IMG/VR virus record: IMGVR_UViG_3300037483_000453
Coordinates: 1 to 64,000 of that record
Source: a virus
Length of the DNA: 64,000 nucleotides
Direction: 5' to 3' (one strand)
Below are positions 35,694 to 44,464 of this stretch, in pieces. The notes under the pieces were generated by a model. That model worked only from the letters and a program-made list of their open reading frames with translations. It was not told where the DNA came from and did not search any database. Position numbers and translations under genes: made by a program. The number at the start of each line of letters is the position of its first letter. Within the stretch, counting starts at the first letter, position 1.

Positions 35694-36233
35694 TTATAGC
35701 TCCCTGGTGGCATTCAAGATCCTTTCTAGTACCTTGAGCTCCACAAGAGCCCACTGGTCTTCCACGCGCCCAGTGATTTTGTCTGCGAAGTCAACCACTA
35801 CGATGGGTTCTTCACGCCCGGTGCATTCACCACGGATTTTGTTGAGTACCTTTCGGCTAACGATACTCATGTCTTGGTTGGTCGTGGACTTCATCTCTAC
35901 CCGGATGCGGTCGTAGACACGACCATCGCCCTTATACCCGGGGCGGGAACCAGATCCTGCTTGGGTTCTTCCGCCCGGCAGGCTAGCCATGACCTTGCGC
36001 TCTTGCTTCTGAGACCGCTTTTTGGTTTGTCGAGATGGCGCACGCTTTATTGTGGACTCAGGCACCATCAAAAGCAGCCGGTGTACGCCATCGGGAAGGC
36101 AGGCTGAGCAGCACGCTTTTGTTGTGTCTTCAGCCTCCCCTGACTGAAGTACGATGGATGTAAGGGACCCATGGGCCCCGCACTCACATACTCCAATGTC
36201 TTGAATGACCAGCACCTCTACCGATAGAGGCAC
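35694..36233 (-). CDS. Hjc-like PD-(D/E)XK nuclease with N-terminal Zn ribbon
   Basis: QER...SGS..KGD..RVEMKST; CEC...CCSAC. Confidence 0.7.
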   Translation of the reverse strand: MPLSVEVLVIQDIGVCECGAHGSLTSIVLQSGEAEDTTKACCSACLPDGVHRLLLMVPESTIKRAPSRQTKKRSQKQERKVMASLPGGRTQAGSGSRPGYKGDGRVYDRIRVEMKSTTNQDMSIVSRKVLNKIRGECTGREEPIVVVDFADKITGRVEDQWALVELKVLERILNATREL

Positions 36234-37552
36234 ATGATTCCTTTGGAGGCGAGTACCTCTCTGCGCACGGCCATCTCGAAGTCGATGTCGATCTCCATCA
36301 TGCGCCTGAAGTTACGCATGCCCGGAATATTCCGAATGTCAGACAGGTCACCTGTGTCTGGTCTGAGCACATTGATCTTGCCATCTTTCTCGATGATGAC
36401 ACCACGTCTCAAACCTTCTACGATGACGGTGTCGAGTTGGTCTACCCCCGCAGCGTAGTAGAAGTCATAGTAGAACGGGAACTCACCAGTGACATTGTCG
36501 TGTGCACCGGCTTTGCCTTTGAGCAGCTCATACTTGGTTTGCTTACCCACGATGGTGCGGTGGCCATTGATCTGCTTATCAATCTTTGCGCCGCTCCAGA
36601 CACAGACATCTAGGAGCTTGCCGTGTTTACCAGCATATGCACCTGTAGTGGCCCAGTCCTTCAGGTACTTTTGCATGTTGGCTGGCGCTGTTGCCTTAGC
36701 TGAGTTGGAGCGCACCTGGGCAGAGAAGAGTAGGGTGGTCCAGTTCAGCCCATCTAGCCCACTGGTATGTGGTGTGTACTGTTTAATGAACTTGGTAATG
36801 AGGCTGGCGTTAGCTGCCCGTTTCTCATGGTCTTCGATGTCTTTATCAGCGTCGGCTTCAGGTAGGAGGATGGATACTGAGTCTACAGCGACAATACCAA
36901 ACAGCCGTGACCGAACGCAGTTGAGGGCAGTCTGCAGGATAGTTTCACCGGTGGGCCCACCAATGATGACAACTTCACCAATCTGCTGTTTATAGCTCTG
37001 CCACTCCTCCTTGGTGTACGGTGCAAAGCCACGTTGTTGGCGCTCCATGTCCCACTGGGCAATAGTCGCGTCGGGTACCGCGATCTTCAGACCCAAGTTG
37101 AGGGCACGTTTGAAGTCAAAGCCCCCTTCTACGCAAGCGAAGGCCATTGATGACTGGTCACCATACAGTCGCTGGTGCATCAGCATGTAGAGCAAGATAA
37201 GGAAGGTCTTGCCAGCATTGTCTGGTCCTGAGATGTAGGTTAGTCCACCGGCTGGTGCGCCCCCTCCGGTATCCAAGTCAAGCTGCATGATGCCGCTGGG
37301 ACGTCGCAGCTCGTAGGTGTTTGGTACGTTGGACGCATGCTCAATGACCTTGTGGTCTTTATACTGGCTGTTTTCCGAAGCTATGAACTCACGCATTGCG
37401 GTGCGGAGTGCTAGCCCTTTTGGGCCCTGTGCAGTTGGAGCTATGGACGTAGTGGCTACCTGAGGTATGACCAAGTCTTCATCGGATAGGGCCTTGTGGG
37501 ATTTCTTTGTCTTCTTCGCTGATGTTTTCTTGGTAGCCTTTTTCGTAGCCAT
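36218..37552 (-). CDS. recA: RecA/UvsX-like recombinase
   Basis: Walker A GPDNAGKT, Walker B IVAVDSV, QVR, GGAPAGGLTYI. Confidence 0.9.
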   Translation of the reverse strand: MATKKATKKTSAKKTKKSHKALSDEDLVIPQVATTSIAPTAQGPKGLALRTAMREFIASENSQYKDHKVIEHASNVPNTYELRRPSGIMQLDLDTGGGAPAGGLTYISGPDNAGKTFLILLYMLMHQRLYGDQSSMAFACVEGGFDFKRALNLGLKIAVPDATIAQWDMERQQRGFAPYTKEEWQSYKQQIGEVVIIGGPTGETILQTALNCVRSRLFGIVAVDSVSILLPEADADKDIEDHEKRAANASLITKFIKQYTPHTSGLDGLNWTTLLFSAQVRSNSAKATAPANMQKYLKDWATTGAYAGKHGKLLDVCVWSGAKIDKQINGHRTIVGKQTKYELLKGKAGAHDNVTGEFPFYYDFYYAAGVDQLDTVIVEGLRRGVIIEKDGKINVLRPDTGDLSDIRNIPGMRNFRRMMEIDIDFEMAVRREVLASKGIMCLYR

Positions 37553-37557
37553 CTAGC

Positions 37558-37740
37558 TTATTCCTTTTGTGGTGCCACTATGCGTGAGTTGGTGTGCTCA
37601 AACGGCTCTGACCCATGGTCAGGGCACATCAGAATGCTGCCGTGACGTGTGGGCGCCTTGCCACACTTTGGGCAGCCATCTGACGCCTTCTTTTCCAGTG
37701 CCTCAGAATCTACGTGTTCATTCACTCCGTACTTTTCCAT
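37558..37740 (-). CDS. Small Zn-ribbon protein
   Basis: CPKCG...CPDHG. Confidence 0.65.
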   Translation of the reverse strand: MEKYGVNEHVDSEALEKKASDGCPKCGKAPTRHGSILMCPDHGSEPFEHTNSRIVAPQKE

Positions 37741-38042
37741 ATTCTTTTCCTCTGTTTGAGAGCACTGCGTAGCGCAGGCGCCTTCCTGAAGAATACCCGG
37801 ATGTGGGCAGGATTCCCTACCGCTACCTTGGCGGTACTCAGGTTTGTGTTGTTTGCCTTCTCGTACTCGACGACGTAGAGGCGGCCGATGCCGGGGAGGT
37901 AAACATCACCATCAGATACCAGGGCTTTTTTGAGCTCTTCAAGAAAGCACGTTGTGACCATGGTTACCACTCGCTGTGGTGTTCTTTTGGACCCTGGCAA
38001 CGACTGGGCCACCCTGAGGTCGAGGTCCACTTTTGTGGCCAT
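37722..38042 (-). CDS. HU/IHF-like DNA-binding protein
   Basis: LKKALVSDGDVYLPGIGRL...RVFFRKAPALR matches the HU fold pattern. Confidence 0.75.
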   Translation of the reverse strand: MATKVDLDLRVAQSLPGSKRTPQRVVTMVTTCFLEELKKALVSDGDVYLPGIGRLYVVEYEKANNTNLSTAKVAVGNPAHIRVFFRKAPALRSALKQRKRIWKSTE

Positions 38043-41000
38043 CTATTTGGCCTCAGCCCATGAGCGCCCAATGCTACCTGAGACAGCTAGAGGAACAGCT
38101 AGATCGAAGGGGAACGGGTGCTCCATCCACTCCCTAATCTCAGCATCAGCTGCCTTAGCGCATTCAGCAGGTATCTCATGCATCAGTTCGTCATGGACCT
38201 GTAGGCAGGCATAAGCTCCAAAGCGCCTGTCAATGCCGGACTTGTGCAAAAGTACTTGTGCCATCTTTACGACGTCGGCAGCTGACCCCTGAATTTGGGT
38301 ATTCCCAGTGATGTAGACCTTGCCCTGTCGACGCGCTACGAAGAATGTACTGGGCAGGACAGGGCACCAGACCGCACAAGCTGTATTCATCTTGGTGATG
38401 TGCTTTTTCTGAACTTGTACTTTGTCTCGTCTAAGCAGAGTCGCGTAGTAGCACCCGGACGACTTCGGGACGTTCTTCATCTTCTTGGACTTGGGTTTGT
38501 ACTTCCTCATGTCACGGTACTTGCTTGTGGTCGCGTGGCCAGCTAGCGCCGCAAGTATCTGGAACATGCCCGCCGTTGTCTCACTCTTGCAGCAAAACGT
38601 TTGCAGGTTTTGTTGCATGTATAGCGATCCGTCACCGAGCAGCATGGACTCAAGTACTGCTTTTGCACCGCCTCTATTCAAGGACGTCATGAATGCTGGA
38701 GTGAGCTCCCGCTTCGGGAACAAACGAACCAACTTGTCTGCGTACCTCCCAATGAAGTACCAGTACACACATTTTGCACAGTTGACAGAGCGCGAGGTGC
38801 GTATGCCAAGTCGAGCAAGTAGGTTATCGATACGCTTCACGTTTGCTGGGTTTGCTCTCTTGCTTTGGCACAAGCCCACGCGTTGGCTGTGTGTAGGCTT
38901 TTGCTTCTTGCAGATGAACCCATCCGTAAGAAACCAGCCCACTAGCTCCAGGAAATCGAGGTCCTGTTTTCGTCCGCCTTGGTATGTGCCAGTGCGGAAG
39001 ATTCGGTGGTCACCATTTGTAGAGATGGTGTTTGTTCGCTTCTCCTCTGCTTTGCACGTCGTTCTGTTGTAGACCGCCCAACGATGGTCTGGCGTGGTCA
39101 GCGCACTGAACGTTTTGCTCTCGATGGAGACGATTGGCCCAGCATACTCGGGGAATAGCTTTATGTCTGTTGGGTACTCCCATTGCAGTGTTCCTTTCAC
39201 CATATCGAACGCCAGCAGCTTGTCTTTTCTTGTAACAGTATCACCGTGTAACCATCCGCGTGTGGTCAGCGCTTCCGTCTCCATGTCAACGCAGTTAGTT
39301 GCGATGCGCTCACCCTTCATACGTTCATCACGGCGGTAGCTTGCGATCTCCGGTACATTGCGTCGGCGGCCGAGGATAGTGAACGCGTACCCAGTCTGCT
39401 CAGTTTCAGCGACCGCTTCTCTGGTGAACGCGTCGACAGCCGGATAAGCCTTTTTGAACTGCTTGATCTTAGCTTCTGCTTCAGCGCGCGTGATGCCTAG
39501 CCGACTAGCCAGTTTGTCAGGGCCCATGCCGTAGATGATGCCAAAGCCTATATCCTTGGAGGCTGCACGTGCTGCCAGGCACTCACGCTGACGCGCAGTG
39601 TGCTGGTCCTCTGGTGTTTTTTTGGCGGCCTTGATTTCTTCATAGGGCATTCCAAAGATCATGGAGGCGTTGCCCATGTGGATGTCCCAGCCCTTGTTGA
39701 TGACCTCAATCATTCCGGGTTCACCGGACGCAGCGGCTAATAGGCGCATCTCCAACTGTTCATAGTCGATCACACTCAGCCGGTTACCTTCATCAGCTAT
39801 GAAAGCCCCACGTAGCCCCCACTTATCATTTTCGGGTTTCGGTATATTTTGGCAATTTGGATCGCTGCTAGATAAGCGGCCAGTATTGTGCGTCACGATG
39901 CCGCCTGTTACGTGCGACTCGTCCTCATCGATTGTGAGGCCATAGGTAACCCTGTCGTACTCATACTGAATCTCGGTTATGAACGACGTACCAAAGATGG
40001 CCGTGGGCTCTCTACTGAGGTCCCTGTCCCATCTGCGCTTGGCCCAGATGTCCCGAATGGCAGCTTCACTAACGCCGTACTTCTCAGACAACTCGGAAGC
40101 GGAGACACCACTGACCGGCTTAGTCCAAGTCAAGTCCTTCACAATGTTATCGATAGCTTGAAAAGAGACCTGGTATGTACGGGCAAGCTCAGCACGTCCC
40201 GTGCTGCCCAATGCATACTTCTCACGGATTATTTGGGCGACATCGTACGTGAGTTTGGAGGTACTGCTCGGCGGCTGACCACGGCGCTCAACTGCAAGAA
40301 TCTCTTGGACCTGCTCCTTGGTTAGCTTCGGAGCCCCGTTGAGCGTGCCGTGTGCACGTGAGTCAGCCGTGTTGTCCTTAGAGCTACCATACACCAAGTT
40401 GTCCACGGTGTTGTCCCAGGCAATCCCGTTCTTGTGCCTGACCTCTTTGCCAGCCTCTGGGTCGGGAAGGAAGGCACGGGCAACTAGAGCATGAACCCCA
40501 TAGCTCTTTCGAGATGGACCGGTAAGCGTCACTTTCAGGTGACCCCATTTATCCTTCTTTTGAAGAGCTAGAAGGGCGCCCGTGGCTTTCTTACGGACTC
40601 GGCCCCAAGAGGACACTTCATAGTTAGCGTGTTTTGGTACTTCCCTCCACGTCTCTGGGCTAGAGTGGGTGAACAGTACATTTCCTATTTTTAGCTCGTT
40701 AGCAGGGACCCAACCCTGACTGTGCAGAAACCTAGTAAGGTAGGGATGATGTCCATTTGTCCTGAGCTGCAACCCGTTTTCCAGAGTGATTTTAAGTATT
40801 GGAGTCGGCTTGTGCTTCGAGGTCTCAACTACACGGCGCTTCCGGCCGGTGTGTGTGATGACAAGATCGTTGACTCGGACCTCTTCCACTGGGAGGTAAC
40901 CGCGCGAGGTAAGAACGAGCTCGCCGGCTGGGAGACAGCGGGCTACGTCTTGGTTAAACCGTGTGTGAATACGCCCATAGGGGTCAACACGATCACGTAG

Positions 41001-42002
41001 CCCTACGATGTATGTGCCATGCAGCTTGGATAACCCACGGTGGCGCAGGAGCATCTTAGCCATGGGGATCTGGTCCGAATAGTGCTGTAGAAATGACTCA
41101 TCCACAGATGGATTACGCACCCCCGTGGCCCCACCTTTCGACATCTTCCTGGGCGTTACCTGCAGCTTGTCGAAGAAGTACTCACGAAGCTGCTTGGTGC
41201 TCTTGGGGTTTATGACCTTGCCAGCCTCTTTACAGATGGCACGCTCGAGTTCCTCGATTTCCGCGATAGCAGTGGGAGCAATGGACTCCAGATAACCTAA
41301 ATCCACCCGGACACCACGGCGCTCGGTGGCCCAGAGAGCTGAGGTATACGGCACTTCCACTCTGTCAAAGAGGTCCCACAAGGTCTGAATGTTCAATGGG
41401 TGGTCACGGAAGAGGCTATGGGTAGGGGCTCGTTGTAGCTGCGTTCGGAGCTCCTGGTAGATCTGTAGGGTGCCCCACGCATCATTGGCCGCGTACTCAC
41501 ATAGAAGTGGGAAGTTGTTCGCCTCTGCTGTACGGATGAGGTCTGTGGGACTAAAAGCCTTGGTGATCTTCCCGAACGTGTCTTGAAAATCCTGCCACTT
41601 CCAGCCGAACAGGTGCTGGTTCATGTCCTTCAGGCGGTGTGACTGCTCCTCATAGAGGAGGGCGTGCTGCACCTGGGTGTCCACCAACTTGCCTGCTATC
41701 TGCGAGTTGACGTTGGCTAGGATGTGCTTGTCATATTTGGCGTTGGCAAAGAGCCACCTCTTGCTAGGGTCCGCGAATGCCTCAGCAAAATGATGGAGGA
41801 CGGACACGTTGAGTGTCATGCGCCGGGTGCCCCATGCGAGAGACCAGTACAGGGGAACGTCCTTCCAGACAACTAGACCCGTAGTCTCAGTGTCAATGGC
41901 CACCTCGGGGGTTGCTATCACCTCTCGTATGACGGCATCGAGTCCTGGAGAGTTATGGTCGTAGTACTCAGTCGTGGGTGCTTCGATATTCCACTGGGTC
42001 AT
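38043..42002 (-). CDS. polA: Family A DNA polymerase with 3'-5' exonuclease and two inteins (about 637 aa after splicing)
   Basis: IDTETTG (ExoI), TGRLSSSDPNCQNIP, DYEQLEMR (motif A), RAASKDIGFGIIYG (motif B, Phe at the E. coli 762-equivalent), QVHDEL (motif C). Start moved to ATG 42002 after GGAG. Confidence 0.95.
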   Translation of the reverse strand: MTQWNIEAPTTEYYDHNSPGLDAVIREVIATPEVAIDTETTGLVVWKDVPLYWSLAWGTRRMTLNVSVLHHFAEAFADPSKRWLFANAKYDKHILANVNSQIAGKLVDTQVQHALLYEEQSHRLKDMNQHLFGWKWQDFQDTFGKITKAFSPTDLIRTAEANNFPLLCEYAANDAWGTLQIYQELRTQLQRAPTHSLFRDHPLNIQTLWDLFDRVEVPYTSALWATERRGVRVDLGYLESIAPTAIAEIEELERAICKEAGKVINPKSTKQLREYFFDKLQVTPRKMSKGGATGVRNPSVDESFLQHYSDQIPMAKMLLRHRGLSKLHGTYIVGLRDRVDPYGRIHTRFNQDVARCLPAGELVLTSRGYLPVEEVRVNDLVITHTGRKRRVVETSKHKPTPILKITLENGLQLRTNGHHPYLTRFLHSQGWVPANELKIGNVLFTHSSPETWREVPKHANYEVSSWGRVRKKATGALLALQKKDKWGHLKVTLTGPSRKSYGVHALVARAFLPDPEAGKEVRHKNGIAWDNTVDNLVYGSSKDNTADSRAHGTLNGAPKLTKEQVQEILAVERRGQPPSSTSKLTYDVAQIIREKYALGSTGRAELARTYQVSFQAIDNIVKDLTWTKPVSGVSASELSEKYGVSEAAIRDIWAKRRWDRDLSREPTAIFGTSFITEIQYEYDRVTYGLTIDEDESHVTGGIVTHNTGRLSSSDPNCQNIPKPENDKWGLRGAFIADEGNRLSVIDYEQLEMRLLAAASGEPGMIEVINKGWDIHMGNASMIFGMPYEEIKAAKKTPEDQHTARQRECLAARAASKDIGFGIIYGMGPDKLASRLGITRAEAEAKIKQFKKAYPAVDAFTREAVAETEQTGYAFTILGRRRNVPEIASYRRDERMKGERIATNCVDMETEALTTRGWLHGDTVTRKDKLLAFDMVKGTLQWEYPTDIKLFPEYAGPIVSIESKTFSALTTPDHRWAVYNRTTCKAEEKRTNTISTNGDHRIFRTGTYQGGRKQDLDFLELVGWFLTDGFICKKQKPTHSQRVGLCQSKRANPANVKRIDNLLARLGIRTSRSVNCAKCVYWYFIGRYADKLVRLFPKRELTPAFMTSLNRGGAKAVLESMLLGDGSLYMQQNLQTFCCKSETTAGMFQILAALAGHATTSKYRDMRKYKPKSKKMKNVPKSSGCYYATLLRRDKVQVQKKHITKMNTACAVWCPVLPSTFFVARRQGKVYITGNTQIQGSAADVVKMAQVLLHKSGIDRRFGAYACLQVHDELMHEIPAECAKAADAEIREWMEHPFPFDLAVPLAVSGSIGRSWAEAK
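38301..39293 (-). mobile_element. Intein 2 in PolA (LAGLIDADG type, 331 aa)
   Basis: ATN|CVDMETEALTTRGW...LVGWFLTDG...MLLGDGS...YITGN|TQIQGSAAD; removal restores the PolA motif. Confidence 0.92.
39885..40937 (-). mobile_element. Intein 1 in PolA (NUMOD4-HNH endonuclease type, 351 aa)
   Basis: VAR|CLPAGELVLT...TNGHHP...NUMOD4 (WREVP..YEVSSWGRV), HNH (VHALVA..RHKNGIAWDN..NL)...IVTHN|TGRLSS. Confidence 0.92.
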
Positions 42003-42018
42003 GGGGCTCCTAAAGCAA

Positions 42019-42050
42019 CAAGGCGGGTCCACCGGAGTGGACCCGCCTTG
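42019..42050 (-). terminator. 14-bp perfect hairpin between SSB and polA (terminator/attenuator)
   Basis: CAAGGCGGGTCCAC / GTGGACCCGCCTTG; minus-strand loop TCCG (cUNCGg type), followed by TTGCTTT and then the polA SD. Confidence 0.7.
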
Positions 42051-42060
42051 CTAGGCTGTG

Positions 42061-43437
42061 TTACTGCCGCCCACCGTGGGGGGGCATATAGCCCCCTTGT
42101 GGAGCTATCGGTGGCTGTGCCAACGGCATAGGCTGCGGGGCAGCTTGTTGGGGAACCTGGGGGGGTACAGGCATCGGCTGCTGGTGTGGCTGTGGGGCTT
42201 GAGGTGCTGGCATCAGTGGTGCCGCACTCTGTACAGGCATTGGTTGCTGTACCGGCATGTTGTTGTATGGCTGGGCGTACGTGGCCGGCCCCGGGGCAGG
42301 TTGTTGTGAGTACCCACCTTGCTGTGGCTGGTTACCCTGCTGCAGGTTACTGGAAATGTGCCAAAGCTGGCGCTGTGTCTCGAGTGAGTCTGCAGTAAAT
42401 CGTTGGGACAGGTTTGGCTTGTACTGCAGTAGGTCCTGGAACTGCTGATCGAGCGGCTTAGGGTCAGACATCCCTACAACCTGCAGTACCGTAGAGTTGT
42501 TTTCCCCAGTGCGGGGTGTCTGTACATGCATGTCCACATCGAAGATCGTTGCCCGAACTGGCTGCCATCCGTTGGGTGTACAGTTGGCACAAACAATCTG
42601 CTCGCTGGGGTAGTACGTTTGCTGGCAAGCTCGGCATGCATAGGGGGCATTCACCACCTGAGCAATCTGCTCGTCGGTGGCAGTTGATGTGCGCATGTCG
42701 AAAATCATAGTGGCACACTCGGGGTTGCCGCAGTGCCAGGACACGGGTTGTATGGTGCTTCTACCGCTGCAGGTGGCGCAGCAAGTACCGATAGCAGGTG
42801 CCATAGCGTTGAGAGCATTGAAGTGTGTCTTCGCCATGATCCAAGGCTGTAGGTACCCGTAGCGGTGCTCCAAGGCCGTCTGGCACCCCTGGCATGCGCG
42901 CCCCGAGCATTTCACCCACTCTGTGTACGATTCATGGGTTTTTGGGTTTGTTCGGACTTGCCCAGATTCCCTGTCAACTTGAGGGACCTTGTGGAAGAGC
43001 CCCTGGTCGATGGCCGTGAATGCGTACTTGTCAGAGCGGGACATGGCGGGCCGCTTGCCCTTGACATAGCCCTCCTCGTCACGCTTGTTGCATCCCTCGC
43101 ACTCATCCCGCTTGTCCTTACGAAAGAACCAGGGGCCACCAGAGCAGATAGCCCCACGCTTGTGGGTACCACTATAGTGCTCGATGAACTGGTACCAGGG
43201 AAGGACCTCAGTGATGAGTTGGTCATGCTCATCAACATGTGACATCTCATACTCACCGGGTACGAGTCGAATGACTGAGGGTACAGTCTCACTGAGTTGT
43301 AGCGTGTCTGCCCAGTAGGGTCGTTTGTTCCCGTAGTTCCTTTTGCGTGTCCGACCTGCATTGGCCGCTCTCTGTGTGGTGGTGCCCCCGTATACCGGGA
43401 TACCTGCTACGTTTGCTTGGTTTTTTCCGAATGACAT
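42061..43437 (-). CDS. gp32-like ssDNA-binding protein with extra Zn ribbons and Q/P-rich tail
   Basis: IRLVPG...EHY...C...CEGC...YAFTAID pattern; located between primase and polymerase; AGGAG SD before ATG 43437. Confidence 0.6.
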   Translation of the reverse strand: MSFGKNQANVAGIPVYGGTTTQRAANAGRTRKRNYGNKRPYWADTLQLSETVPSVIRLVPGEYEMSHVDEHDQLITEVLPWYQFIEHYSGTHKRGAICSGGPWFFRKDKRDECEGCNKRDEEGYVKGKRPAMSRSDKYAFTAIDQGLFHKVPQVDRESGQVRTNPKTHESYTEWVKCSGRACQGCQTALEHRYGYLQPWIMAKTHFNALNAMAPAIGTCCATCSGRSTIQPVSWHCGNPECATMIFDMRTSTATDEQIAQVVNAPYACRACQQTYYPSEQIVCANCTPNGWQPVRATIFDVDMHVQTPRTGENNSTVLQVVGMSDPKPLDQQFQDLLQYKPNLSQRFTADSLETQRQLWHISSNLQQGNQPQQGGYSQQPAPGPATYAQPYNNMPVQQPMPVQSAAPLMPAPQAPQPHQQPMPVPPQVPQQAAPQPMPLAQPPIAPQGGYMPPHGGRQ

Positions 43438-43465
43438 TGCTGTTCTCCTGCTTGCATTAGCAGCT

Positions 43466-44464
43466 CTATGTGTCCAACTGTGTACAGTACGAGACTGCAC
43501 CGTGCCACTGCTGCACTACTTCTTCCTTGGTGAGGCTGTCTGGTTGGGCATCCTCTTCATCGATGAGTCGTTCCGGGTAGTTGATGACTCGCACTTGTAG
43601 ACTTTGTCGTAGCTTGCCTATGGCCTTCATTGTCCCCATCTGGCCAGGGTCGTTGTTGTCCAAGAATAGGTATACTGGGGCACCAAGCCTTTCAAGTATC
43701 CACTTGTGCTCAGGTGATAGGTACGTCCCAATGAGGGCCACCACGTTCTTTATCCCGCATTGCCAAAGCCACATGCAGGCTTTGAAACCCTCAACCACGA
43801 CGATGTAGCTCGGGTTGTTCTGAAAGAGGAGTTGGGGGTACACCTCGTTGGCATTCCAAAGGCAGGTACGCTTATCCCAACCAATGCGGGCAGGCAAACC
43901 CCAGGTCACGTACTCTTTGTCATAGATCTTGTATTTTGGCCAATAGTCATTCATCGATCTACCACTGACGCCCACCAACTTCCCAGCTAGGTCTCGCAGT
44001 GGGTAAGTGACGCGCATGTGGTGCTCATCAAACCCTATACCAAAGTGCCTCAGTGTCTCTTCTGAGAACCCATCGCGCACTAGGCCTAGTGGGCAAGCAT
44101 CAAAGATCCCTAGTAGCCCCTCTTCAATGGGGTTGTTAGAGATGACGGGGACATCCAGGGGGTTCATGGGCGGAGGCGAGTTGCGCGCCGCCGCGTCGAT
44201 TGTCATCCGGAACTTGAACTCAATCTGATGACTTGTAAGTCCGATGTCCCGGAGGAACGTGTAAAGGTTTCCACTCGATTGGCATGAGTGGCAGAACCAC
44301 AGACCGCTGGTAAGTGACATGGCAAAGGAGGGTCGTTTCTCTTCTGTCCCATCTGTTTTCACATGGAAAGGACAGAGTGCCATGATGTTTTCAGGCCCTG
44401 ACTTTCTTACCTTATGTAGGAACTGATCTGCAATGAAGTGGATGTCCTCTACGACACCCATCAC
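43466..44464 (-). CDS. dnaG: DNA primase (CHC2 Zn finger plus TOPRIM)
   Basis: CPFH...WFCHSC; RVTYPLRD.AGKLVGVSGR; VVEGFKACM; FLDNND. Confidence 0.9.
   Translation of the reverse strand: MMGVVEDIHFIADQFLHKVRKSGPENIMALCPFHVKTDGTEEKRPSFAMSLTSGLWFCHSCQSSGNLYTFLRDIGLTSHQIEFKFRMTIDAAARNSPPPMNPLDVPVISNNPIEEGLLGIFDACPLGLVRDGFSEETLRHFGIGFDEHHMRVTYPLRDLAGKLVGVSGRSMNDYWPKYKIYDKEYVTWGLPARIGWDKRTCLWNANEVYPQLLFQNNPSYIVVVEGFKACMWLWQCGIKNVVALIGTYLSPEHKWILERLGAPVYLFLDNNDPGQMGTMKAIGKLRQSLQVRVINYPERLIDEEDAQPDSLTKEEVVQQWHGAVSYCTQLDT

Noticed and set aside
42003-42032. ORF-track 5' extensions (e.g. polA from 42032, SSB from 43500, ATPase from 60072, 50783, 53151, 30775)
   Set aside because: They run through hairpins or neighbouring genes; downstream ATGs have SD sites or stop-start coupling.
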